This document shows, one piece after another, positions 25,779 through 35,038 of a DNA stretch of 47,507 nt. The translations under genes were made by a program, and so were the position numbers. Under the pieces are notes generated by a model that was not told the origin of the DNA, made no database searches, and saw only the letters and a list, made by a program, of their open reading frames with translations. Source of the stretch: Deltaproteobacteria bacterium (GTDB lineage: Bacteria > Desulfobacterota > Dissulfuribacteria > Dissulfuribacterales > UBA3076). Each line of letters opens with the position of its first letter. The first letter of the stretch is position 1. Location: NCBI GenBank assembly GCA_019310825.1, contig JAFDDO010000001.1:1-47507 (forward strand), written 5' to 3'.

Positions 25779-28700
25779 TGTTTGGTAATACACAAAACGA
25801 AAGGACATTGCGGGATATGTTAGAAGTGCTGAGACCTCCTGTTTCTATATCACCTGAGCTGGATGACGTAAAAATCAGGGGCATAACCGCAGACTCCAGA
25901 CAGGTAAAACAGGAATACATATTTGTTGCAATTCCAGGCACTGAATTTGATGGAAGACAGTTTATCAATGATGCCGTGCTGAAAGGAGCATCTGCCCTGT
26001 TAATGCCAAGTCAAGATGTACATCGTTACCTCAAGACCGTTCCTGGAGCACTTCCTGTTATAGGAGTGGACGACCCCAGGCTTTCAACCGGTCTTCTGGC
26101 GAGTGCCTTTTATGGAAATCCCAGTAAAAAAATGGCCCTTATAGCCATTACAGGCACTAATGGTAAGACTACGATCACATACCTCCTGGAAAGCATTTTC
26201 AGCAAAGCCGGGCTGAATCCTGGTGTAATCGGGACTGTAAACCAGAGACATTGTGGCATTGAGGTACCTTCTGAACTCACTACCCCCAATGCTATAAAAC
26301 TGCAGGAGATCCTGGCCAACATGTTGAAACAAGGGGCAAAGACAGTGGCCTTAGAGGTATCTTCCCACGCCCTTGACCAACAAAGGATCTCAGGATGTAG
26401 TTTCGCAGCGTCTATTTTTACCAATCTGGGCCGCGATCATCTGGATTATCATCAGGACATGGAACAATACTTCCAGGCCAAGGTAAAATTGTTTTTGGAG
26501 TATCCCTCTGATACGGCAATTATCAACATTGATGACTTGTATGGAAAGCGCCTATGGGAGATATTACAAAAGGAAAAGATCAGTTATGGCCTCAATCCTG
26601 AGGCCGAGGTAAGACCCACGTTCCAGACCATTAATATTGATGGAATAACAGGTAAGCTTGCCACGCCCAAAGGGCCTGTTTCTATCAAATCCAAGCTTAT
26701 AGGTTTGCACAATCTATACAATATCCTTGCAGCAGTCGCGGCTTCAATCACCCTTGGGATTGATCCAGACCATATTCAGACCGGCATAGAATCAATAATG
26801 CGTATCCCGGGGAGACTCGATCCTGTGCATACCCCCCAGGGAGTGACCGCCCTTGTAGACTATGCCCACACTCCTGACGCCCTTGAAAGTGTTCTGAACA
26901 GCCTTATCAGATTAGGTCCCAAGCCTCTGATTTGCGTAATCGGCTGTGGAGGAGACAGAGACAGGGGCAAGCGTCCTCTCATGGCGAAGGTAGCTGCTTC
27001 ACTGGCAGATATTGTTGTACTGACCTCGGACAATCCTCGTACTGAAGACCCTCTGGCAATAATCGATCAGATGTTGAACGGCCTCAGAGACCTTCCTCCT
27101 TATCACCATGCAACCAAAGCTGAAGTAAAGGTAATTCCAGCCAGAAAAGACGCTATTTTATGGGCAGTAGAAAAAGCGCGGCCTGGTGCCTGTCTGCTCG
27201 TGGCCGGGAAGGGCCACGAAACCTACCAGATAATTGGCAACGAACGACTTGCCTTTGACGATAGAGAAATATTGAAAAAGGCCTTTGGGACGAGGGGTAA
27301 GGGACAAAGGTCGAAGGTCGAAGGTCGAAGGTCGAAGTCAGAGAGTCAAAAGTCAAAGGTAGAGAGTCTTGAGGATCAGGGATTTCGAATAAAGGCTTCT
27401 CAGGTGGCAACGGCTATTGGAGCCAATGTCCTTTCGGGTGACCCGGATACAGAAATCCATGGCATATCAACAGATTCCAGATCAGTAAGAAAAGGAAATA
27501 TCTTCTGGGCACTTTCAGGGGACCGTTTCAATGGTCATGATTTTGTCCTTGATGTTATAAAAAAAGGGGGCATTGGTGCAGTAATCAGTTCTAGCTTTGA
27601 CTTTCGAGCTTTGACTTTAAGCCCTCGATCTCGTCCTATCCTATTGCAAGTCCAAGATGTGTTAAAGGCCCTGGGAGATTTCGCAGCATGGTATAAAGAA
27701 CACCTTGGAATCAAGGTGGTTGGCATTACGGGCAGTTGTGGCAAGACCACTACAAAAGAACTGATTTTCTCGATCCTGGAAAAAAAATGGAAAGTGACTA
27801 AAACGCCCGGGAATTTTAATAACCTTATCGGACTCCCGCTCAGCCTGCTTTCGGCCAAATCCGATGATTCCTGGGCAGTTCTGGAAATGGGAACGAACCA
27901 ACCAGGAGAAATACCCCGGCTGTGTGAAATTGCCCGGCCACAAGTGGGCCTTATTACTACCATACAGCCTGCCCACCTTGTCGGCCTGGGGGGCATAAGG
28001 GAAGTAGCCAGGGAAAAATGGAAACTTTGGCGAGCCCTTCCCCAAACAGGTGCGGCAGTGGTGAACCTTGACGATCCTCTGGTGATGGAAGGGGCCAAAG
28101 ATCTGACGTGCCAGGTGGTGGGCTATTCTCTAACACCTAATCCCCAATTCAAAATTCAAAATTCAAAATTCAAAACTGCAATTACCTGCCTATCATGGAC
28201 CCCTGGCGAGCATGGCACTCTGCTGGATCTTGATATTACCGGAAGCAGACTCTCTGTTGATCTTCCCCTTATAGGAGGAGTGAACGTGCAAAATGCCGTT
28301 GCAGCCGCAGCTACAGGCCATGCAATGGGGCTGACACCGGCCCAGATCAAGCAAGGGCTGGAGGGAGTAAAACCAATTCCGGGCCGCCTTTTTCTGAAAA
28401 ATTTTGGACCTAAATGGAGGCTGATAGACGATTCTTATAATGCAAACCCAGGCTCTATGAGAGCGGCTCTTGAGGCTCTCGATCTCTGGAGCAGGGGCGA
28501 AAAAAAGATAGCGATCCTGGGAGACATGCTGGAACTCGGGGATGCTGCCCACGACTTCCACCAGGATCTTGGACGACTTTCAGCTAATACAGGAGTTGAT
28601 CTTTTAGTCTTCGTAGGCGAATTTGCAGATGCTGTTTCCAAAACTGCCCAAAAGGCTGGTATTTCGCAAAAGGCTATTCGTATCTTCCCCAACACGGAGG

Positions 28701-28834
28701 ATTTGCTTTCCTGGATAGAATCAGCCGCCCTTGATTGCATGCCCTCTCCAGCAACCATACTTGTGAAGGGATCACGGGCCATAGGTCTTGAAAAAGCAGT
28801 GGATGCCCTTATCAGGCATCTGAGAGAGGAATAG
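25778..28834 (+). CDS. murE/murF: Fused MurE (UDP-MurNAc-tripeptide synthetase) + MurF (UDP-MurNAc-pentapeptide synthetase)
   Basis: One continuous 1019-aa frame. The MurE part has [18 protein letters not shown] and DNPRTEDP. A repeat-encoded linker follows, about 27287-27385. The MurF part has [28 protein letters not shown] and [11 protein letters not shown]. The ATG overlaps the ftsI stop (TGATG). Confidence 0.9.
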   Translation: MFGNTQNERTLRDMLEVLRPPVSISPELDDVKIRGITADSRQVKQEYIFVAIPGTEFDGRQFINDAVLKGASALLMPSQDVHRYLKTVPGALPVIGVDDPRLSTGLLASAFYGNPSKKMALIAITGTNGKTTITYLLESIFSKAGLNPGVIGTVNQRHCGIEVPSELTTPNAIKLQEILANMLKQGAKTVALEVSSHALDQQRISGCSFAASIFTNLGRDHLDYHQDMEQYFQAKVKLFLEYPSDTAIINIDDLYGKRLWEILQKEKISYGLNPEAEVRPTFQTINIDGITGKLATPKGPVSIKSKLIGLHNLYNILAAVAASITLGIDPDHIQTGIESIMRIPGRLDPVHTPQGVTALVDYAHTPDALESVLNSLIRLGPKPLICVIGCGGDRDRGKRPLMAKVAASLADIVVLTSDNPRTEDPLAIIDQMLNGLRDLPPYHHATKAEVKVIPARKDAILWAVEKARPGACLLVAGKGHETYQIIGNERLAFDDREILKKAFGTRGKGQRSKVEGRRSKSESQKSKVESLEDQGFRIKASQVATAIGANVLSGDPDTEIHGISTDSRSVRKGNIFWALSGDRFNGHDFVLDVIKKGGIGAVISSSFDFRALTLSPRSRPILLQVQDVLKALGDFAAWYKEHLGIKVVGITGSCGKTTTKELIFSILEKKWKVTKTPGNFNNLIGLPLSLLSAKSDDSWAVLEMGTNQPGEIPRLCEIARPQVGLITTIQPAHLVGLGGIREVAREKWKLWRALPQTGAAVVNLDDPLVMEGAKDLTCQVVGYSLTPNPQFKIQNSKFKTAITCLSWTPGEHGTLLDLDITGSRLSVDLPLIGGVNVQNAVAAAATGHAMGLTPAQIKQGLEGVKPIPGRLFLKNFGPKWRLIDDSYNANPGSMRAALEALDLWSRGEKKIAILGDMLELGDAAHDFHQDLGRLSANTGVDLLVFVGEFADAVSKTAQKAGISQKAIRIFPNTEDLLSWIESAALDCMPSPATILVKGSRAIGLEKAVDALIRHLREE
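27308..27370. repeat. Tandem heptamer array (GGTCGAA x4 then AGTCAAA-type units) encoding the MurE-MurF linker
   Basis: aggtcgaaggtcgaaggtcgaaggtcgaagtcagagagtcaaaagtcaaaggtagagag, translated as [21 protein letters not shown]. Confidence 0.85.
27589..27633. repeat. Inverted partner array (ctttgacttt units) inside the murF portion
   Basis: ttctagctttgactttcgagctttgactttaagccctcgatctcg. Its reverse complement contains aaagtcaaagctaga, matching aaagtcaaaggtaga at 27349-27364. It encodes [14 protein letters not shown]. Confidence 0.75.
28145..28176. repeat. Tandem heptamer array AATTCAA x4 in frame in the murF portion
   Basis: caattcaaaattcaaaattcaaaattcaaaac encodes [12 protein letters not shown]. 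Confidence 0.85.
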
Positions 28835-28838
28835 GGCT

Positions 28839-29918
28839 ATGCTCTTTCATCTGCTATATCCCCTCCACGACATTTGGCCCGCATTTAATGTTTTTCGCTA
28901 TATCACATTCAGGACAATATATGCGGCTGTTACTGCCCTCTCAATAATATTGTTTTTTGGGCCTTGGTTCATAAAATCTATGTGTGCAATGCAGATGGGC
29001 CAGGTCATCAGGGACGATGGACCTGCAAGGCATCACGCAAAAGCCGGAACACCAAGCATGGGGGGCATATTAATCGTTGGGTCCATCCTGGTTGCCACAC
29101 TCCTGTGGGCGGACCTAAGGAATCTTTACGTGTGGATAAGCATTTTAATCCTTGTCAGTTACGGCACAATAGGCCTTGCAGACGATCTGTTGAAGATCAA
29201 AAAACAGAACAGCTCAGGCCTATCCGGCAGATGGAAGCTCGCCTGGCAAATAGTCTTTGTGCTTTTAGCCGCATGTATAATTGCCGCACATGGTAAGTGG
29301 GATACCCATCTTAGTATCCCGTTTTTTAAGAACTTTCAGCCTGATCTCGGAATTATGTACGGTCTTTTTGCCCTGCTTGTGGTCGTTGGGACCTCCAATG
29401 CGGTTAATCTGACCGATGGCCTAGACGGGCTTGCTGCCGGCCCCTTCATAATAGCTGCAGCAGTCTACACCCTGTTTACATACCTTGCCGGCCACTCGAC
29501 TCTTGCCCAATATCTCCAGATTCCTTCGGTTCCCGGCGCAGGAGAACTTGCAGTGTTTTGTGGCGCAATGGTAGGAGCCGGCTTGGGTTTTCTCTGGTAC
29601 AACACCTATCCTGCAGAAATCTTCATGGGAGATGTAGGCTCCCTTTCTACAGGCGGTGCCCTGGGAACAGTAGCCGTACTCTCAAAGCAAGAAATGCTGC
29701 TTGTAATTGTAGGTGGAATCTTCGTAGTTGAGGCATTATCCGTAATTCTTCAGGTCTTTTACTTCAAAACAACAGGAGGCAAGAGGATCTTCCGTATGGC
29801 TCCCATCCATCACCACTTTGAGCTTAAGGGATGGAAAGAGCCAAAGGTCATCGTGAGATTCTGGATAATTTCTATATTGCTTGGGCTGGTAGCAATCAGC
29901 ACGCTCAAGCTAAGATAA
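28839..29918 (+). CDS. mraY: Phospho-N-acetylmuramoyl-pentapeptide transferase MraY
   Basis: Polytopic membrane protein with [22 protein letters not shown] and MGDVGSL motifs. Confidence 0.95.
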   Translation: MLFHLLYPLHDIWPAFNVFRYITFRTIYAAVTALSIILFFGPWFIKSMCAMQMGQVIRDDGPARHHAKAGTPSMGGILIVGSILVATLLWADLRNLYVWISILILVSYGTIGLADDLLKIKKQNSSGLSGRWKLAWQIVFVLLAACIIAAHGKWDTHLSIPFFKNFQPDLGIMYGLFALLVVVGTSNAVNLTDGLDGLAAGPFIIAAAVYTLFTYLAGHSTLAQYLQIPSVPGAGELAVFCGAMVGAGLGFLWYNTYPAEIFMGDVGSLSTGGALGTVAVLSKQEMLLVIVGGIFVVEALSVILQVFYFKTTGGKRIFRMAPIHHHFELKGWKEPKVIVRFWIISILLGLVAISTLKLR

Positions 29919-29990
29919 AAAAATTAGTGATTTGGTGATTGAAATGTCTGTGTGTGTCTGTGGCTAATGAATTAATGACTGGGTAATTGA

Positions 29991-31412
29991 GTGGAACTGA
30001 AAGGCAAAAAAGTAACAATACTGGGCATGGGGGTATCCGGCCAGGCAGCTGCCGGATGGATCGTCTCTCAAGGGGCACAAGTCATATGCAGTGACTTAAA
30101 TCCCCTGGAAAAGTGGCCTAAGGGCCTGGCGGGCTGGTGTAACAAAAATGGTGTTGTAATAGAGACAAAAAAACATAAGGTAGAGACCTGCCTCTCATCC
30201 GACCTGATAGTGGTTAGCCCCGGTGTTTCACCTGTAATCCCTGCCCTTGAGGCAGCACGCAGATCCAATATCCCTGTGGTTGGTGAAATGGCCCTCGCGG
30301 CATCCTGCTGGAAAGGACCTCTGGTTGGCATCACCGGCACAAACGGAAAAACCACTACCACGATGCTTGTGGATGAAATGCTAAAAAAGGCCAATGTGCC
30401 TCATGTAAGGGCCGGGAACATTGGAACACCATTATCAGCATTTATTGAAGAACATACTGAGGAAACTATCGCGGTCCTTGAGATTAGCAGCTTCCAATTG
30501 GATTATTTCCCAAGGACCAGATACTTCTCCTTCACTCCTCCAAGGTTCAAGACAACAGCATGGCTCAATCTTGCCCCGGACCACCTTGATCGCTACCAGG
30601 ACATCAAAAGTTACGGAGATAGCAAGGCGGTAATCTATGACTTCCAAGGGCCTGAGGATTGGGCTATCCGCAACATGGACGACAAGGAACTAGAAGCGTG
30701 GAAGTACAGAGGACGTGCTAAAAGGCTCTACTTCGGGATGCTGCGCCCCGGAGTTCCAGGAGCCGGGCTGGACACCTCTTTGAAAAAAATCAACGTCATG
30801 TGGTCTGATAATAAATGGGAGGAATATGACTTAGAAAGCTGGTCCCTAAGGGGTCGACATAATATTGAAAACCTGGCTTGTGCCATACTTATGTCACGCC
30901 TGGCAGGTGCAGGTGCTGGTGCAGTACAGTCTGTTATCCAAAGCTTCAAAGCGGCACACCACAGACTTCAGTTGGTGGTCCAAAATGGGGGCATCGACTA
31001 TTATGACGACTCCAAGGCCACCAATGTTGCATCTGTACTTCGCGCACTGGAGTCCATAGATCAGCCAATAGTGCTCATCGTGGGCGGCCGCGGCAAGGGT
31101 GAAAATTATGCTTCCCTGGCCGAGGCCACAAAAAAGGCACGTATTCGTGGTACGATTGTTATGGGCGAAGAGGCCAAGGCGCTTGAAAAAGTCCTAAGTA
31201 AGGTAGTGCCGGTTATTCAAGTACGTGGAACAAAAAACGGCAAAAAGACTATGAGAAAAGCCGTGGAGGAAGCCACGTCCCTGGCTGAGCCTGGTGATGC
31301 CATACTCCTTTCCCCGGCCTGTTCCAGCTTTGATATGTTCAAAAATTATGAAAAACGTGGCGTGGCCTTTCAGGAGGCAGCCAGGAAATTGTGTAATTTG
31401 GCGATTGAGTAA
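29991..31412 (+). CDS. murD: UDP-N-acetylmuramoylalanine-D-glutamate ligase MurD
   Basis: [22 protein letters not shown], and a C-terminal domain with DDSKATN. GTG start. The last 6 codons and the stop lie in a repeat array. Confidence 0.9.
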   Translation: MELKGKKVTILGMGVSGQAAAGWIVSQGAQVICSDLNPLEKWPKGLAGWCNKNGVVIETKKHKVETCLSSDLIVVSPGVSPVIPALEAARRSNIPVVGEMALAASCWKGPLVGITGTNGKTTTTMLVDEMLKKANVPHVRAGNIGTPLSAFIEEHTEETIAVLEISSFQLDYFPRTRYFSFTPPRFKTTAWLNLAPDHLDRYQDIKSYGDSKAVIYDFQGPEDWAIRNMDDKELEAWKYRGRAKRLYFGMLRPGVPGAGLDTSLKKINVMWSDNKWEEYDLESWSLRGRHNIENLACAILMSRLAGAGAGAVQSVIQSFKAAHHRLQLVVQNGGIDYYDDSKATNVASVLRALESIDQPIVLIVGGRGKGENYASLAEATKKARIRGTIVMGEEAKALEKVLSKVVPVIQVRGTKNGKKTMRKAVEEATSLAEPGDAILLSPACSSFDMFKNYEKRGVAFQEAARKLCNLAIE

Positions 31413-31544
31413 TTTGGTAATTTTAGGAACGGAATTTTAATTTAAAAACGCAGATGTAAGCAGATTGTGAATTTAACTATGAGTCGAGACACACATAAGC
31501 ACAAAACGATCACCAAATTATCAAATTATCAAATTATCAAATTA
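31393..31544. repeat. Inverted pair of octamer arrays (taatttgg / ccaaatta-tcaaatta) bracketing the murD-murG junction
   Basis: Left arm gtaatttggcgattgagtaatttggtaatttt (31393-31424) contains the murD stop. Right arm caccaaattatcaaattatcaaattatcaaatta (31511-31544) encodes the murG N-terminal TKLSNYQIIKL. Confidence 0.8.
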
Positions 31545-32684
31545 GTGGTGGCTGGTGGTGGCACAGGCGGGCATGTGTTTCCCGGAATGGCAGTGGCTGA
31601 GGCCATGGAGTCCTATGGCCGCATAGATATTCTATGGATAGGTACAGGCCGCCCGGTGGAAAAAATGGCGCTTTCAGGACGTAAATGGGCTTACCAAATA
31701 CTGGAAACAAGGCCTTTGCGGGGCTCAGGCCTTGCGGGGACCATACGCTCTCTGGCTGGACTTCCTTTCTCCACGATCAGGGCTTTTTCGTGGCTCAAAT
31801 CATTTAGGCCTCATGTAGTACTTGGTGTCGGGGGATATGTCTCCGGGCCCGTACTTCTTGCAGCGCGTATGCTGCGGATACCTGCAGCCCTCCACGAGCA
31901 AAACCTTATCCCTGGGCTCACAAATCGTTTGGCCTCTAGATTTGCAAAAACAGTGTTTGTGAGCTTTAAAAAAACTGTAAAATACTTCCCAAAAAATAGG
32001 GTAATTTTTACTGGAAATCCCGTACGGAAAAGCATAATTCAATCACAAAAACAAAAATTACCAAATTACCAAATTACCAAATTACCAAATCTTCTGGTTT
32101 TGGGAGGCAGTCAAGGTGCCAGATGCCTGAACCGGCTTGCCGGTTCGGCCATAAAGGTTTTGTGGCAATCCGACTTTCATTTGGAAATTATTCACCAAAC
32201 CGGCAAGCTGGATGTGTCATATGTTGAGAAATTTTACAAGGATGCAAATATTCCGGCCAAAGTGACCCCATTTATCTCCAACATTGGTGAATCCTATTCA
32301 TGGGCAGATCTAGTTATCTGCCGAGCAGGAGCGAGTACTCTGGCTGAACTCGCAACCATGGGGAAGCCATCGATACTCATTCCCTATCCCTGGGCAACGG
32401 AAAGCCATCAGGATGCCAACGCCAGAGAACTGAGTGAAGCCGGGGCTGCCAAATACTTCCTTGAAGGAGAAATCGGTGCTATAAAACTGGCAGGAGAGAT
32501 ACAGTCTTTGCTGGAGGATCCCCAAAAACTCATCAATATGGGAGAAAATGCTCGAAAACTTGAAAAACCCACGGCAGCTGCAGAGATGGCCTCTACACTG
32601 ATAGAGATGGCTGGACATACTTTTTCATATTCTGAAACAGAAACTAATTCATTGAAAGGTTCTATAGTACGTAACCATGTATAA
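31467..32684 (+). CDS. murG: UDP-GlcNAc:lipid I N-acetylglucosaminyltransferase MurG
   Basis: VVAGGGTGGHVFPGMAVA, LVLGGSQGA and GASTLAELA motifs. The start is ambiguous (GTG 31467, ATG 31479, GTG 31545/31548) and none has a clear SD. Confidence 0.9.
   Translation: MNLTMSRDTHKHKTITKLSNYQIIKLVVAGGGTGGHVFPGMAVAEAMESYGRIDILWIGTGRPVEKMALSGRKWAYQILETRPLRGSGLAGTIRSLAGLPFSTIRAFSWLKSFRPHVVLGVGGYVSGPVLLAARMLRIPAALHEQNLIPGLTNRLASRFAKTVFVSFKKTVKYFPKNRVIFTGNPVRKSIIQSQKQKLPNYQITKLPNLLVLGGSQGARCLNRLAGSAIKVLWQSDFHLEIIHQTGKLDVSYVEKFYKDANIPAKVTPFISNIGESYSWADLVICRAGASTLAELATMGKPSILIPYPWATESHQDANARELSEAGAAKYFLEGEIGAIKLAGEIQSLLEDPQKLINMGENARKLEKPTAAAEMASTLIEMAGHTFSYSETETNSLKGSIVRNHV
32055..32090. repeat. Tandem octamer array AAATTACC x4 in frame in the murG interdomain linker
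   Basis: aaattaccaaattaccaaattaccaaattaccaaat encodes KLPNYQITKLPN. Confidence 0.85.
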
Positions 32685-34071
32685 GAAACAACATATGCAT
32701 TTTGTAGGAATCGGCGGAATAGGCATGAGCGGCCTTGCACAGGTCCTTCTTAATCTCGGATATAGAGTCACGGGTTCTGATTTGCGTGAGACCGAAATCA
32801 CCAGGTCTCTAAGAAAACTGGGGGGCACAATTTACAAAGGTCACGCTCCTGAAAATATCCATGGCGCCGATGTGGTGGTGATTTCCTCTGCTGTCAGAGA
32901 GAACAACCCTGAGGTTCAGGAAGCTTATTCTGCCCAAATCCCAGTCATACCAAGGGCTGAAATGCTTGCGGAATTGATGCGGCTCAAGAAGTTCGGCATA
33001 GCAGTGGCTGGGGCCCATGGAAAGACCAGCACGACTTCTATGATCTCTTCAGTGCTCCGTGCCGGTGGCCTTGATCCAACAGTCATCATAGGAGGAAAGG
33101 TAAATGGCCTGGGGAGTAATGCCTGCTGGGGACAGGGAGAATTCCTGATAGCAGAAGCCGATGAGAGTGACGGAAGCTTCCTGCGCCTTACACCAAGCAT
33201 AGCTGTAGTAACCAATATAGACAAGGAACACCTGGACTATTATTCAGACCTGAATGCCATAATTCGGTGTTTTCTGGACTTCATAGACAAAATCCCTTTC
33301 TATGGTCTTGCCATACTCTGTGGAGATGATCCCCGCCTCAGAGAAATGCTCCCGGTAGTAAAAAAACGGGTAATGACATATGGGACAGGACCTGAGTCTG
33401 ATCTGCAGGCCAGAGATATCACCTTTGAAGGTCTGGGAGTATCTTTCAAGGCATGGTGGCAAAATTCTGAACTTGGCGAGATACGACTCAAGGTCCCCGG
33501 ACTGCACCATGTAAGAAATTCTTTGGCTGCAATGGCCCTAGGACTTGAACTTGAGATACCTTTTCACAAAATCCAGACCGGTCTTATGTCATATGAAGGT
33601 GTAAGCAGACGATTTGAGATATTGGGTGAAATAGAGGGAATAACAGTAGTAGATGACTACGCACACCACCCTACTGAGATACAGGCTACCCTCTCAGCTG
33701 CCAGGGCATGTTGGCCTGAACGCCGGCTCGTGGTTCTTTTTGAACCCCACCGCTACAGCAGAACCCAGGCATTAATGGACGATTTCACCACGGCCTTCGG
33801 GGAAGCTGATGAACTATGGTTGACGGAAATCTATCCAGCCAGCGAAACTCCCATAGTAGGAGTCAGCGGAAAACGTCTGGCAAAAAATATCAGGGATAAA
33901 CGTGGTGGACCAGTGCACTATGTAGAGTCCTGCGGGGATCTTCCTCGGGCAGTTGTACCAAGCCTGCAGGAGGGTGACGTGGTAATGACTCTTGGGGCCG
34001 GTGCCATAGGGCGTATGGGACCAAAAATTCTGGACAGGCTTAGGACAAAGGAGTCAGCGCTTGCTCTATAA
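32677..34071 (+). CDS. murC: UDP-N-acetylmuramate-L-alanine ligase MurC
   Basis: HFVGIGGIGMSGLA, GAHGKTSTTSM, DDYAHHPTEI. Overlaps the murG end by 8 nt. Confidence 0.95.
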   Translation: MYKKQHMHFVGIGGIGMSGLAQVLLNLGYRVTGSDLRETEITRSLRKLGGTIYKGHAPENIHGADVVVISSAVRENNPEVQEAYSAQIPVIPRAEMLAELMRLKKFGIAVAGAHGKTSTTSMISSVLRAGGLDPTVIIGGKVNGLGSNACWGQGEFLIAEADESDGSFLRLTPSIAVVTNIDKEHLDYYSDLNAIIRCFLDFIDKIPFYGLAILCGDDPRLREMLPVVKKRVMTYGTGPESDLQARDITFEGLGVSFKAWWQNSELGEIRLKVPGLHHVRNSLAAMALGLELEIPFHKIQTGLMSYEGVSRRFEILGEIEGITVVDDYAHHPTEIQATLSAARACWPERRLVVLFEPHRYSRTQALMDDFTTAFGEADELWLTEIYPASETPIVGVSGKRLAKNIRDKRGGPVHYVESCGDLPRAVVPSLQEGDVVMTLGAGAIGRMGPKILDRLRTKESALAL

Positions 34072-35038
34072 GGATCTAAAAAGGATAGAAGGTCTCCAGG
34101 TCAGTGAGAGTATTCCGCTCTTACCGCTAACAAGCTTCCGTATAGGCGGACCTGCGCATCTATTCCTGGCTCCAAGGACCTTGAAGGCCCTTGAACAAAC
34201 CATTTCTTATCTCAGCAATCGTTTTATATCCTATAAGGTGCTGGGCCAGGGAAGCAACCTGTTGATCAGCGATAAAGGCGTGAAGCTAGTTATGTCCCTG
34301 GCGGCTCTAAATCGTATCCACTGCTCTGTAGGAAGCAAATTCGAGCATGAAGACCATCGGCAAATTTCCTCTAACGCCTCTTTACAACAAGGGAGAACAT
34401 CTCATGGCTATCCCTTTAAGACAGTATCTGTAGAGGCAGGATGCAGGCTGAAGTCTCTTATTTCCTGGTCCATGCGCAACGGCCTGTGTGGTCTTGAGAA
34501 TCTTTCGGGCATTCCGGCTAGTGTGGGGGGGGCCATATCCATGAACGCCGGCACCAACAAGTGCTTCATGGCAGAAGCGATAGACGCTGTGCAAATTACA
34601 GGCCCTGACGGAAGTTGCTGGTTCAGGAGAGATCAACTGCAATTTGATTACAGGACTTTCAGACTACAGGACAAAGCTCTTATCTCTGCCGCAAGAATTC
34701 AATTTTGTAAAAGCAGCACTGATCAGATCAGACAACGTATCAGAAACGTGATGTACAAACGGAAAACCACACAGCCTTTGGGAAAACCAAGCGCAGGGTG
34801 CATTTTCAGAAATCCTCAGGGAGATTCAGCTGGAAAGCTCATAGACCGATGTGGACTCAAAGGTCTTAGAATTGGGGATGCTGAGGTATCCAAAAGGCAT
34901 GCAAATTTTATTGTAAACCGTGGAAAAGCCAGTGCCGTACAGGTAATGGACTTGCTGGAAATCATTAAAAAGCGTGTAAAAAAAGAGGCTGATGTAGAAC
35001 TTGTCCCAGAAGTATCTGTTTGGGGTATGGAAACATGA
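34061..35038 (+). CDS. murB: UDP-N-acetylenolpyruvoylglucosamine reductase MurB
   Basis: LTSFRIGGPA, LGQGSNLL, GIPASVGGAISMNAG, SAGCIFRNP. TTG start overlapping the murC end. Confidence 0.9.
   Translation: MLYKDLKRIEGLQVSESIPLLPLTSFRIGGPAHLFLAPRTLKALEQTISYLSNRFISYKVLGQGSNLLISDKGVKLVMSLAALNRIHCSVGSKFEHEDHRQISSNASLQQGRTSHGYPFKTVSVEAGCRLKSLISWSMRNGLCGLENLSGIPASVGGAISMNAGTNKCFMAEAIDAVQITGPDGSCWFRRDQLQFDYRTFRLQDKALISAARIQFCKSSTDQIRQRIRNVMYKRKTTQPLGKPSAGCIFRNPQGDSAGKLIDRCGLKGLRIGDAEVSKRHANFIVNRGKASAVQVMDLLEIIKKRVKKEADVELVPEVSVWGMET

Noticed and set aside
27535-28098. 187-aa and 127-aa minus-strand ORFs
   Set aside because: They are antisense to the MurF ligase domain, which has clear motifs on the plus strand. 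These are typical shadow ORFs.
29946-29963. (TG)n-like tract tgtctgtgtgtgtctgtgg between mraY and murD
   Set aside because: It is short and imperfect. It may belong to the flanking repeat patch, and there is no independent evidence of function.
27308-32090. Could the short tandem repeats be CRISPR arrays?
   Set aside because: The units are 7-8 nt and directly abutting, with no 25-40-nt spacers. They lie inside intact housekeeping ORFs, and there are no cas genes in the window.
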